Below, piece after piece: positions 9,213-18,436 of a stretch of DNA of 64,000 bases (its first letter is position 1; each line of letters starts with the position of its first letter). The notes beneath the pieces were generated by a model. It saw only the letters and a list, made by a program, of their open reading frames with translations, did not search any database and had not been told where the DNA came from. The stretch is from positions 1 through 64,000 of IMG/VR virus record IMGVR_UViG_2660237931_000002, one strand, 5' to 3'. This DNA is from an uncultured virus (IMG/VR IMGVR_UViG_2660237931_000002) (Duplodnaviria > Heunggongvirae > Uroviricota > Caudoviricetes). The position numbers and the translations under genes were made by a program.

Positions 9213-12200
9213 CGATAAAGTTTTACCCGTCCCGGCTACCGGGTGAACCCCTTGAAACGCACGAGCATGGTGTGCTGACGCTGCATGAGTGGATGAGCAG
9301 AAATGTCCCGAGCTATTCACAGGACAAAACTCATCCTGTCGTGATCGAGCTGAACGGCCAGGCAGTCCCCCCGGCGGAATGGCCGTTATGTTTGTTGCGG
9401 CCAGACAGTGACGTGCGGATATATCCCATTCCTTATGGCACGGGTCTTGAAATTGCCGCGTGGGTTTCGGTAGCCGTATCCATTGCGTCTACGGCCTATG
9501 CATTATTCTTTGCCCCAAAACCAGAGCTGGGCGGTTTTTCATCCAGTAACGCTTCATCGCTGGATCTGAACCCGGCGCGGGCAAACACCGCAAAACTCGG
9601 TGATCCCGTTAGGGAGGCTTTTGGGCGAAACCGGATTTACCCGGATTACCTGGTGCAGCCGGTAACGCGATTCGACCCCGCTGATCCCACCAGAATGACG
9701 GTAGAAATGTTTGTCTGCCTTGGATATGGGCGTTTCTCCTATACCGGTGGAGATTTTCGGGTAGGAGAAACTCCGGCGTTGACCTTAGGCGATGGCTTTT
9801 CATATACCAGCTATGGGCCCGGCGATAATGTGGCGGGGGATCGTCGCAGCGAGATATGGTTCAACTCAACGGAAGTTGGGGGAACGTCGAGCGGCAGCGG
9901 CCTCGATATGGCTCAGACTGCCCCTGAAGCCAGTGATATCGTTGCTGATGCCATGACCGTCAGCGGTGCCTCTGTATCGTTTTCTGGCCTCGATGTCGAT
10001 GATGATAATGATGAAGACGAGGATGAGAATAAACTTCCTCCAGGCTGGATCGCCGGTGCAATTGTCACCCTGAAAGCGCCAGTGAATTATCAGGTATCCA
10101 TCGAGGGCGGTTTTAACGTGCTGACAGGCGACGTCGTGTCAGAGATTGCGCCATTCAGCGGAATGCCTGTCACCCTAACGTTTAACGGTACTGACTATGA
10201 CCTGCAGATCGCCACGTATACCCCTCACCAGGACGCCGTTCCGGGAACAGGGGGAGCGACTGCGGTATTACGCGCCAGTGCCTCGCCGTCAACGTATGAC
10301 TTTACGACAACCAGCCAGACCTTTGCTCTGACCTGGCAGGGTATCACCTATACCATATCTCTGGTCGCCAACTACGGCACAATGTCTGGCTTGCTCGCAG
10401 CGATTAACGGCGGGTTGAATGGTTCGGGGCTCATTGCTCAGGATGATGGCAGCGTGATACGTATCGTGGAGATCTCCAGCCCCTGGCGTGGCGGTTCCAT
10501 TACGTCATCATTCCTGCCTGCGTCAGTATTTGGCGACAGCCCGGTATTTACAGCTGGTACAGCATCCAGCGGCGGAAGCCCTGCGGTAACAGCCAGCGTG
10601 ACGCTGGCATACGATTCTGGCACTGCCTTTTCCGGATTGCCGGAAGGCACTCAGCGGATTTCCCTGGCGCACCGTGGCAACGAATACCAGATAGCGTCTA
10701 CTGATGGCCCCTCTGCGACCGTACAGCGTGTGGTTAACGGTGTCGTTGACAGCACCTGGTCAGGCTTTATGACCCGTACCGTCGTGGATTTTGCCGCGTC
10801 TGGTATTAACGATAATGAAACCTGGCTAGGCCCCTTTCTGGCCTGCCCGCAGAATGAAGTTGTGGACGCCTTCGAGGTCAACTTTGCTTTCCCAAACGGA
10901 ATTTGTGGGTTCCAGAACAACGGGAATAAGCGGGTCCGCCATGTCGAGTATGAAATCCAGTATCGCGTTTATGGTTCCGGATCCGGGTGGACGAGTAAGC
11001 CAGGGGTTTACGCGCTTAAAAACATTAATGGCCTCGGTTTTACAGAGCGTTTTGATCTGTCCTCTCCTGGGCTGGTGGAGGTTCGATGCCGCCGCCGTAA
11101 CGAGCAGGGAAGCAACAACGCGAGAGACAGCATGTTCTGGCAGGCGCTCAGAGGTCGTTTGCTTTCCCGTCCGACCTCCTACGCAGGGATATCAACAATA
11201 GGGATCACGGTTGAAACCGGCGGCCAGCTGGCGGCGCAGTCAGACAAGCGTGTGAGTGTTGTCGCCACGCGAAATTATGATGGCGGTGGTGACAGGACAA
11301 TCAGCGGTGCGTTCCTGCATCTTGCCCGCAGTCTGGGATATCGAGACGACCAGATCGACATTGCGGCACTCACTACACTGGAGGAGACCTACTGGACGCC
11401 AAGGGGAGAATATTTTGATCACCAGGCAAGCAGTGACAGCACGTCAGCAAAGGATATTTTCGACAAAATTGCAGAGGCTGGCATGGGGTATTTTCTGCTG
11501 TCTGACGGGTTGCTTTCTGTCGGGAGAGAGGGCGTCAAAAGCTGGACCGGTATCATTACTCCCCAGGATACCGTCGAGGAAATGCAGACGTCATTCAGGG
11601 TCCCGTCGGAGGATGATTTTGATGGCGTGGATGTGAAATATATCAACCCTGTGACCTGGGCGGAGGAAACCGTACAGTGCCGGACGCCGGAAAATCCTTT
11701 TCCGCGCAAAACGGAGGCATACACCATTGATGTTGCCATGACTGCAGATCGCGCCTGGCGTATCGGGATGCGTCGGTTAATGAAATATCTCCACCAACGC
11801 CGAACGTATACGGCTACGACTTCGATGCTGGGATGGTGTCATGACTTCGGTGATCACATCATTTTGTCCGACGACATTCCAACCGGGAAAACCCAAAGTT
11901 GCCTGATTGACGCGATGATTTACGACTTCCAGGAAATTACGCTGCACGTCACGGAGCCACTGGACTGGAGCTACGCGAATCCTCGCTGCTGGATACAGTT
12001 TCAGGACGGTCGACCATCATCGCGAATGCTCACGCCGCAACGGGTAGATGATTTCACGCTGACGGTGCCGTACAACGACGATCTGCATCCCGGCGACTGG
12101 ATTATGGACGACCCAGATATTGATCTGCCGAAGTTATTGTTCTGCGACAGTGAAAAGGGGGCGCGGCATGGGATAGTCCAGGAGGTTGCCCCATCAGGTG

Positions 12201-12286
12201 ACAGCAACTGTCATATTACTGCACCTGAATATAAAGAAATTTTCTACCAGTACGACGACGCCACATACCCCGGCGACGTCGCCTAA
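9209..12286 (+). CDS. Tail tip / host specificity hub protein (TipJ-like)
   Basis: N.AKLGDPVREAFGR.RIYPD motif, 1025 aa, position. Confidence 0.85.
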   Translation: MTIKFYPSRLPGEPLETHEHGVLTLHEWMSRNVPSYSQDKTHPVVIELNGQAVPPAEWPLCLLRPDSDVRIYPIPYGTGLEIAAWVSVAVSIASTAYALFFAPKPELGGFSSSNASSLDLNPARANTAKLGDPVREAFGRNRIYPDYLVQPVTRFDPADPTRMTVEMFVCLGYGRFSYTGGDFRVGETPALTLGDGFSYTSYGPGDNVAGDRRSEIWFNSTEVGGTSSGSGLDMAQTAPEASDIVADAMTVSGASVSFSGLDVDDDNDEDEDENKLPPGWIAGAIVTLKAPVNYQVSIEGGFNVLTGDVVSEIAPFSGMPVTLTFNGTDYDLQIATYTPHQDAVPGTGGATAVLRASASPSTYDFTTTSQTFALTWQGITYTISLVANYGTMSGLLAAINGGLNGSGLIAQDDGSVIRIVEISSPWRGGSITSSFLPASVFGDSPVFTAGTASSGGSPAVTASVTLAYDSGTAFSGLPEGTQRISLAHRGNEYQIASTDGPSATVQRVVNGVVDSTWSGFMTRTVVDFAASGINDNETWLGPFLACPQNEVVDAFEVNFAFPNGICGFQNNGNKRVRHVEYEIQYRVYGSGSGWTSKPGVYALKNINGLGFTERFDLSSPGLVEVRCRRRNEQGSNNARDSMFWQALRGRLLSRPTSYAGISTIGITVETGGQLAAQSDKRVSVVATRNYDGGGDRTISGAFLHLARSLGYRDDQIDIAALTTLEETYWTPRGEYFDHQASSDSTSAKDIFDKIAEAGMGYFLLSDGLLSVGREGVKSWTGIITPQDTVEEMQTSFRVPSEDDFDGVDVKYINPVTWAEETVQCRTPENPFPRKTEAYTIDVAMTADRAWRIGMRRLMKYLHQRRTYTATTSMLGWCHDFGDHIILSDDIPTGKTQSCLIDAMIYDFQEITLHVTEPLDWSYANPRCWIQFQDGRPSSRMLTPQRVDDFTLTVPYNDDLHPGDWIMDDPDIDLPKLLFCDSEKGARHGIVQEVAPSGDSNCHITAPEYKEIFYQYDDATYPGDVA

Positions 12287-12361
12287 AACCACAAATTCCC
12301 CTAATTAACTCTTTTCGCTCAAACCCTCGTTTGGGCGAACGCCTTTTTTGGAGCAAAAAAC

Positions 12362-14305
12362 ATGGCCTTTAACCCGGAGCTGGGGAGCACGTCTCCCGCT
12401 GTGCTGCTTGATAACGCTGAGCGTCTGGATAAGCTGGTCAATGGAGATGTGGCCACCGTTCCCGACCGCGCAGGTGATCCGCTGTACTCATGGCGTGGAA
12501 TCCATCAAAATCTGATCCCGCTGAGTCGCCAGTACATGACACTGGCGGCGGCGCAGGCGGACATCGCGAATATTCCGGTGGGGTCGACGACGTATTACCG
12601 CAGCCCGGACGACAGCGCCCTCGCGATTGAGGTCATGAACGTTGGCGGGACGCTGACCGCAACAGGGCGGGAAATGCCAGCGCTGGCATCTGTATTAGCC
12701 ACTATTGACAATTTAACCAACTTATTGACTGCAATTCAGGGTAGCACTGTAGCCATTAGCGATATTCAGGATTCGGTTAACTCAGCAATTACCGAAATAA
12801 TCGATAATTCGTTTATTTCGGTTGAAGATACAAATCGGATACTTATTAATCTTCTGACCGGTTTACAGGGAGCGGAAACGGCAGTTGCAGAGCTGGAACA
12901 AGATAAAATTTCAGAATCAAGATTTAATGATCACGAGTTGTTCGTATTGTTCTGGCTACAGACGTTTGGTACTCAGTTCGCAGAGCTGGAAGGGCTCAGT
13001 ACGGACACTATAGCTACGAAACAAGAACTGGCAGAAATTGAGTCGAAAATTACTGGCGTCGCTCTTGAGCCTGTAGTTGATGGGATTTACGTTGTTGGTA
13101 AGCCGCGCGGTATTGTGAGAATCGACCTTTCTTCGTCTCAGACTATTCCGTCTGCGAAATCAGACGGCGACGTTCCCGGCTACATCTCACTGAAAATAGA
13201 CGGGCAGTCATTCGGGGCGCACTGCAATTTCAGTGTTCAGGGCGCGTCGTCATCTGTGTATGCAAAAAAGAATCTGAGTTTTGATCTGTTCTCCGATGAC
13301 ACCCGGGAGGAAGAAGTTAAACTTGCTATTGGCGACGTTCTGCCTCATGAGACCTGGGTCTATAAGGCTAACTGGATTGACACCACGCACGTTCGAAATA
13401 CGATGAGCTACTCCCTATGGGAGCAAGTCGTGCAGTCGAGAAAGACATGGCCAAAGCGGGAGGTGGAATCGGTTTTTGTTGGTAAATTCGGGGAAGATGG
13501 AACTTTTAATGGTGCTAACGGGCACCCGATCGGCTATCCGTGCGTTATGTATTTCAATGGAGAGTTTTACGGCATTGGCGATCTTATGACAGGTAAAAAA
13601 CGATCTAATTATAATCTCGCAAAAAACAAACCACTAGAAATACAACTGGATATCGGCGGCTGGTTAACGTTCGGCGCTTTTTCTGAGCATATAACTGACG
13701 TGAATTATGTTGAATTTAAAGCGCCGAAATCTCCGACAAGTGCAACCTATTCGGCGATAACCGATTGGGACACGTTCTGCAATTTACCACAGGCCGACTT
13801 TATATCCCAGCTGGGCACCCGCCTGGATAAAACCAATATTATCGATTATTTTCTATTCACCACTTTCGGCAATTTCACTGACTGCGGCGCAGTGAATACC
13901 ATTAAAAACACACAACTTATTAGTTATAACGGCATTAAATGGTATTTCATGCCATACGACCTTGATACTTGCTACGGCCTACAGTGGGATGGCAAATCAA
14001 TCAACTATCCTGCAAACAACCCGATTCGACTGAACGGAGATTTCTGGATTAAAGTCCGTGCCGCGTATAATTCTGACATCAATGCACGCTGGGCAGAATT
14101 ACGGAATAACGGAATTTTCACTGTCAGCAACATCTACACACTGATTATGGATTTGCAGAGTAAATATTCACGCGACTTGTTTAGCGCAGAATTCGAAAAA
14201 TGGCCAGAAGTTCCGTCGCTCAGCATTACCGGGGTCGATCAAATCCTGACATGGGTTAATGACCGACTGGCTTTTCTCGACACTCAATTTTCTTATCAGG
14301 CTTAA
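12362..14305 (+). CDS. Tail-spike anchor fused to CotH-type kinase domain
   Basis: N-term MAFNPELGSTSPAVLLDNAERLDKLVN..TLAAAQADIANIPVG anchor; C-term QGASS..YAKKN, KANWID..H.RN, YFNGEFYG, WYFMPYDLD.. motifs of CotH kinases. Confidence 0.8.
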   Translation: MAFNPELGSTSPAVLLDNAERLDKLVNGDVATVPDRAGDPLYSWRGIHQNLIPLSRQYMTLAAAQADIANIPVGSTTYYRSPDDSALAIEVMNVGGTLTATGREMPALASVLATIDNLTNLLTAIQGSTVAISDIQDSVNSAITEIIDNSFISVEDTNRILINLLTGLQGAETAVAELEQDKISESRFNDHELFVLFWLQTFGTQFAELEGLSTDTIATKQELAEIESKITGVALEPVVDGIYVVGKPRGIVRIDLSSSQTIPSAKSDGDVPGYISLKIDGQSFGAHCNFSVQGASSSVYAKKNLSFDLFSDDTREEEVKLAIGDVLPHETWVYKANWIDTTHVRNTMSYSLWEQVVQSRKTWPKREVESVFVGKFGEDGTFNGANGHPIGYPCVMYFNGEFYGIGDLMTGKKRSNYNLAKNKPLEIQLDIGGWLTFGAFSEHITDVNYVEFKAPKSPTSATYSAITDWDTFCNLPQADFISQLGTRLDKTNIIDYFLFTTFGNFTDCGAVNTIKNTQLISYNGIKWYFMPYDLDTCYGLQWDGKSINYPANNPIRLNGDFWIKVRAAYNSDINARWAELRNNGIFTVSNIYTLIMDLQSKYSRDLFSAEFEKWPEVPSLSITGVDQILTWVNDRLAFLDTQFSYQA

Positions 14306-14318
14306 AAAGGCGAAAAAC

Positions 14319-15458
14319 ATGACAACAATTTCAGTAAAAGACTCTCTCCGCGCAGCAACAGAAGCCGCTTCCGGTGGCCGTCAGACCATTATTTACACAG
14401 ATAAGGGTCAGCCGTGCTTCATGAATATTATTGAAAAATTTGCAATTGAAGACAGACTACCATCGCTCGGAATTACAGGAACGCACCCGGCATTCATCAT
14501 TAATGGCGTTGAAGTCAGTGAGATCCTGGTTGGAACCTACGGCGCGGTGTTAAAAGACGGTGAGTTCGTTTCTCAGCCCAATCTGGCCCCCAGCGCATTC
14601 AATATCGGCCCGGCGTTCCAGACGATATTCAGTCAGGGTGAGGGGTTTCATCCGCTGACGAATATAGAATTTTGTGCAATTCAAATACTGAACCTTGCTG
14701 AATCAATATCTCCTTTCGGGAACACAGATTACGGGCGCTCACGCCTTAATACTGACTATCGTGGTCGGGTAGTTTCTGGCGGCATACCGGGCGATAGCAC
14801 TAAATCGTCACTCATTTACACCGGTTCGGGTCCTGTGCAGTTCAGACACAACCTGAAGTATAACGGGATTAGTGATCTGGTCGGCAACCAATCAGAAACT
14901 GTCGGTGGCCTTCGTCTTATGAAGGGTGAATTGCAGGTTTACACCAATAACAATTACGCAGCCCTGACAGCGAGCGAGGTTTCATGGGGAACTCTGGGGG
15001 ACACAAACTGGAAAGCGATTGATGCGGCAACAGGAGAATTGATTACGCCTACTTATACTGGTACGTCAGGAATAGATTACACCCCGACAACGCCTCGATC
15101 AGTTCGTGTAATGGGCGGGGTGTCATCAGGCTCAGCAGACTACACGATCTATCTCAACAACTGGGCGAATCTGATAAGCGTAACAAAAACCGCGAGTACA
15201 ACGGCACCAGTCTCTGATGCCGCAATTGCTACTCTGAAAATGATGGGAATATATCCGCTGGGAGTAGACCTGAACACCACACCTGGCAACGCTACGTTCG
15301 GAGGTAGTACCTGGGATAACGAACGTTGGTTCACGCGAGGCGGTAGCTACGCATGGCCAGCAAACAACTCGGGGGCAACGCTGAACTCATTTTCTCCAAT
15401 CTGGCCAAACTCATCACAACCGGTCTACGGAACACGTGTTTGCTGGTATAGTAATTAA
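14319..15458 (+). CDS. Mtd-like / FGE-CLec fold tail fibre (putative receptor-binding protein)
   Basis: HPAFI.NG.E..E..VG.Y, GNT.YG, TGSGP...RHN...GI.DL.GN, C-terminal RGGSY...GTR. Confidence 0.75.
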   Translation: MTTISVKDSLRAATEAASGGRQTIIYTDKGQPCFMNIIEKFAIEDRLPSLGITGTHPAFIINGVEVSEILVGTYGAVLKDGEFVSQPNLAPSAFNIGPAFQTIFSQGEGFHPLTNIEFCAIQILNLAESISPFGNTDYGRSRLNTDYRGRVVSGGIPGDSTKSSLIYTGSGPVQFRHNLKYNGISDLVGNQSETVGGLRLMKGELQVYTNNNYAALTASEVSWGTLGDTNWKAIDAATGELITPTYTGTSGIDYTPTTPRSVRVMGGVSSGSADYTIYLNNWANLISVTKTASTTAPVSDAAIATLKMMGIYPLGVDLNTTPGNATFGGSTWDNERWFTRGGSYAWPANNSGATLNSFSPIWPNSSQPVYGTRVCWYSN

Positions 15459-15829
15459 TATCAACGTGCGGCTGCCAGTTTTCATGGCAGCCGAACTTCC
15501 CGGTGGCGGGATGATAGTCCTTTTTGACGGCGAGCGCGTGGGCGCAGTACCGGGCGAATAACATCTGATAGTATTGCCCATCAAACCGCCTGTACTTCTC
15601 CGGCCCTCAGACAGGAGGGTCGCTACGTATATAGCTACGGACCTCTCTGGCTCAACGGAGAGGCTCCCGTTTGCTAAAGATTGGCGGACGGCTCGAGGCA
15701 CTAAATACTCCGTTCTGCCGCTCCCGTCATCTTGGGGGCGCCATAATCACATATAGCTCGGAGACGCTTGGTATCCGAGCTTCTCAATCAATCCTCAAGT
15801 TCTGGTTCAACTCCGGTTATCTCCTCCCA

Positions 15830-16261
15830 ATGCTTCGACAGTCAGACATCGCCGCGGCGTTCCGCGAGTCAGTTTTGCGAAACTCCAAAGGATACCAGTA
15901 CCTGCATACAAAGGATTTTGTGTCAGCGCTTCGCCGGCGCGGCATTCACTTTACTGAGGTGGAGGCTAACGCCTGGATCGCACGCGAGCAAACGTATTTC
16001 GTCGACAAAACGGCAGAGCACAGCGAAAACCGCCTGTGGATAATGGCAGAGATGGAACGAGAGCTGATTGTCGAGCGAACCAGAGCGGGTTTAGCCGCAG
16101 CGAGGGAGCAGGGGAGAGTCGGTGGCCGTCGCCGGGTAATGACTGAAGATGTGGTGGAGCAGTGCCGCAGAATGCTGGAGAACGGCGCTACCCGGCAGCA
16201 GGTGGCTGATGTGACAGGCGTGGACGTGAAAACAATCTACAAGTACCTCCCGGCGACTTGA
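15830..16261 (+). pseudogene. Chimeric ORF: small phage SOS-region protein fused to C-terminal half of Pin/Hin-type serine invertase
   Basis: First ~70 aa resemble 17421-17660; after ~16040 AEMERELIVERTRAGLAAAR..GRVGGRR..HTH; catalytic N-terminal invertase domain absent. Confidence 0.8.
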
Positions 16262-16338
16262 AGACAAAGATTTCACTACTTTTCCTGATATGTTACGTTT
16301 GGCTTAATCAATTCATTCAGCTTTGAAAACAGTTTGGT

Positions 16339-16761
16339 TTGTTCGTGAACGGTAAGAAAACAATAAGTTTTGAGCAATTTTTAACTATTAACAGCAATCT
16401 TGTTTCCATCTCAGATACATGGGCTGACTTGTGGGCGTTAATTTTTCACACGGGTTTAAGCGCTGGAAGGCTGCTGAGTATTCGATATGATGATATTGAT
16501 GATGGCTTGATACTGATACGAAAACAGGGTCACCTGAAGGAGCTACGTGTTGAATCAACCCCTCCAGTGGAGGGGATCATTGCTCGTAGAAGAGAACGCT
16601 ATCCAGAAGATGTTTTTTTATTTCAGAGCCATTCTAACCGTGTGAAGTACCAACGCCGGCCGGTCACTATAATTGCTTTCAACGCCGCTTTACGTCGCGC
16701 CGCTAGATCATTACCAGACGTTAACGTAAGCAGTAGTAGCGCGAGAAACATACCGGACTAA
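16339..16761 (+). CDS. Short tyrosine-recombinase-like fragment
   Basis: LIFHTGL...LLSIRYDDI box-I-like segment lacking the conserved Arg; FLFQS; box II degenerate. Confidence 0.55.
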   Translation: MFVNGKKTISFEQFLTINSNLVSISDTWADLWALIFHTGLSAGRLLSIRYDDIDDGLILIRKQGHLKELRVESTPPVEGIIARRRERYPEDVFLFQSHSNRVKYQRRPVTIIAFNAALRRAARSLPDVNVSSSSARNIPD

Positions 16762-16852
16762 CCGCCTGTCCAGTCGCGTGTGGCCGATGTGACAGGCGTG
16801 GGGGTGAAGACTATTTACAAATATTTGCCAGTACAATACGGCGATAAAAAAT

Positions 16853-16877
16853 CCCCTTGAGCAGGCACACTCAAGGG
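16853..16877. terminator. Bidirectional terminator-like hairpin
   Basis: CCCCTTGAG-caggcaca-CTCAAGGGG with A runs on both sides. Confidence 0.65.
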
Positions 16878-17384
16878 GAAAATACTACATAACATCATTG
16901 CTGTGTGCGTCTTTGCGCTCGTCTATCTTCCAAGAATATGCCTAAAGCTTCCAGATATTTCTGGTCTGAGCTGTTACATCATGGAGTAGGTGCCGATGTG
17001 ATAGGTTAAGAGCGAAGATGATCTGTAAGTACCTTCCGACGTCGAGGGGCAAGGACCATGAATTTGGGTCTATACCATCCCAATTCATATATTCTTTGTA
17101 ACTCTATGAAATATCGAGCAAAGTATTCTGTTCGAAATGAACCATATGGAATAGCCAAAGGCTAAAATGCCCAGAGTAAAAACAACAATCAGCAAGTCCG
17201 TCTGTGACATCTTATATCCATTTTGCAGTAGCAGGTTTTGAGAAAAGATAGTTCATAGTTGGCACATAGACAACATAATCACTAAGTGAAACCAATATCA
17301 GAGGCTAAAAGGTGACTGGTTTCCTCCTCAGTGTTCCTGATTGATAGCTGGAACCTGTATTGATCAGATCTCTTAATGAATCTA

Positions 17385-17400
17385 CTGTATATAAAAACAG
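17385..17400. promoter_or_regulatory. LexA (SOS) box
   Basis: taCTGTATATAAAAACAGta matches CTG-N10-CAG. Confidence 0.9.
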
Positions 17401-17420
17401 TATTTTCGGGAGGTGAAGTT

Positions 17421-17660
17421 ATGCCGCGAAACTCAGATATCGAAATAGCCTGGCGTCAGGCAATTGTCATTGAGCCTAATGGCCGTCGCACCGTGACAAC
17501 GTCCGGTTTTATCCGGGAACTCGCAAAAGTTAACTGGATATGGTCACCGCGCCAGGCTAACCAGTGGATAGAGCACTATGTGACGACATTCCGGGATGTC
17601 TCAACGCAGGAAGGCGATGAGCGCACGTTCCAGTTATACAACCCAAACGGAGGGCTATAA
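17421..17660 (+). CDS. SOS-controlled small phage protein upstream of umuD-like gene
   Basis: GGAGG RBS, ATG 17421, downstream of SOS box. Confidence 0.8.
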   Translation: MPRNSDIEIAWRQAIVIEPNGRRTVTTSGFIRELAKVNWIWSPRQANQWIEHYVTTFRDVSTQEGDERTFQLYNPNGGL

Positions 17661-17661
17661 C

Positions 17662-17988
17662 GTGGGATTTCCGTCGCCAGCTGCTGACTATGTTGAACGG
17701 CGTCTGACCGTTGATTCACTCTGCGGTACCGGCCCCAATACTCGGATAGTACAAACAGAAACCGGCTATGCCGTAGTGGATTGCTCCGTAAAACCAAAGC
17801 AAGGAGATACCGTTTTAATTCAATACGGCGGCGGCACTGATTTTGCAAAAATTATGGGCCGGGCATTTATTACACGAGACGGTGAAGCGCTGGAAGGTGA
17901 GGCCCTGGATGATGTTACAGTTGTCGGGGTAGTGACATTCGTTATCAATCGGACAGGGAAGGATGATGATGATTGTCCAGTGTTGTGA
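17662..17988 (+). CDS. UmuD'/HumD-like protein
   Basis: GFPSPAADYVE start, VVDCS..PK.GD.V, VVGVVTFVI end. Confidence 0.8.
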   Translation: MGFPSPAADYVERRLTVDSLCGTGPNTRIVQTETGYAVVDCSVKPKQGDTVLIQYGGGTDFAKIMGRAFITRDGEALEGEALDDVTVVGVVTFVINRTGKDDDDCPVL

Positions 17989-18155
17989 GACAAAGAGCCG
18001 TGAGCATGAATATTGATAGATATACATTCCCCAAAATGAAGAATTACATAAGATAAATCAATGGGTTGAAAATGGATACTTGAGGTAAAAAATTTACTTT
18101 AAACTGATATAATAAATAATAAAAACAATATCTTATCTGTTTTTGTGGTAGGTAT

Positions 18156-18165
18156 TGCTGCGCCA
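18156..18165 (+). other. att core in icd (phage 21-type), attP-like configuration
   Basis: TGCTGCGCCA where icd similarity begins; phage DNA on both sides. Confidence 0.8.
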
Positions 18166-18319
18166 CATGCAGTGGTTCGAAGCTGCAGACCTGATCGTCA
18201 AAGGCATGGAAGGCGCTATCGCTGCCAAGACCGTGACCTATGACTTCGAACGTCTGATGGAAGGCGCTAAACTGCTGAAATGTAGCGAGTTTGGTGACGC
18301 GATTATCGCGAACATGTAA
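18158..18319 (+). pseudogene. icd: icd 3' end (last 53 codons of isocitrate dehydrogenase), phage-carried duplication
   Basis: [53 protein letters not shown]; no 5' part. Confidence 0.95.
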
Positions 18320-18341
18320 TCTGGCCCCCAGATTATGTCAG

Positions 18342-18369
18342 AACGGGAACCTGTTGGTTCCCGTTTTTA
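18342..18369 (+). terminator. Terminator after icd 3' end
   Basis: AACGGGAACC-tgtt-GGTTCCCGTT + T run. Confidence 0.8.
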
Positions 18370-18387
18370 TTATTAGTTTTCGAACGG

Positions 18388-18420
18388 TTATCAAAATTTT
18401 ATCAAAACAAGTTATCAAAA
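18388..18420 (+). promoter_or_regulatory. Putative integrase arm-type sites
   Basis: TTATCAAAA x3 at 18388, 18399, 18412 next to int 3' end. Confidence 0.6.
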
Positions 18421-18436
18421 CCCCTCCCGAAAAAAC

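Noticed and set aside
12362..16261. Invertible tail-fibre cassette
   Set aside because: Invertase lacks its catalytic domain; I saw no inverted crossover sites or reversed fibre ends.
14319..16300. Complete diversity-generating retroelement
   Set aside because: No reverse transcriptase, Avd or template repeat found in the window.
18158..18319. Functional icd gene or host chromosome
   Set aside because: Only 53 codons, with phage DNA on both sides.
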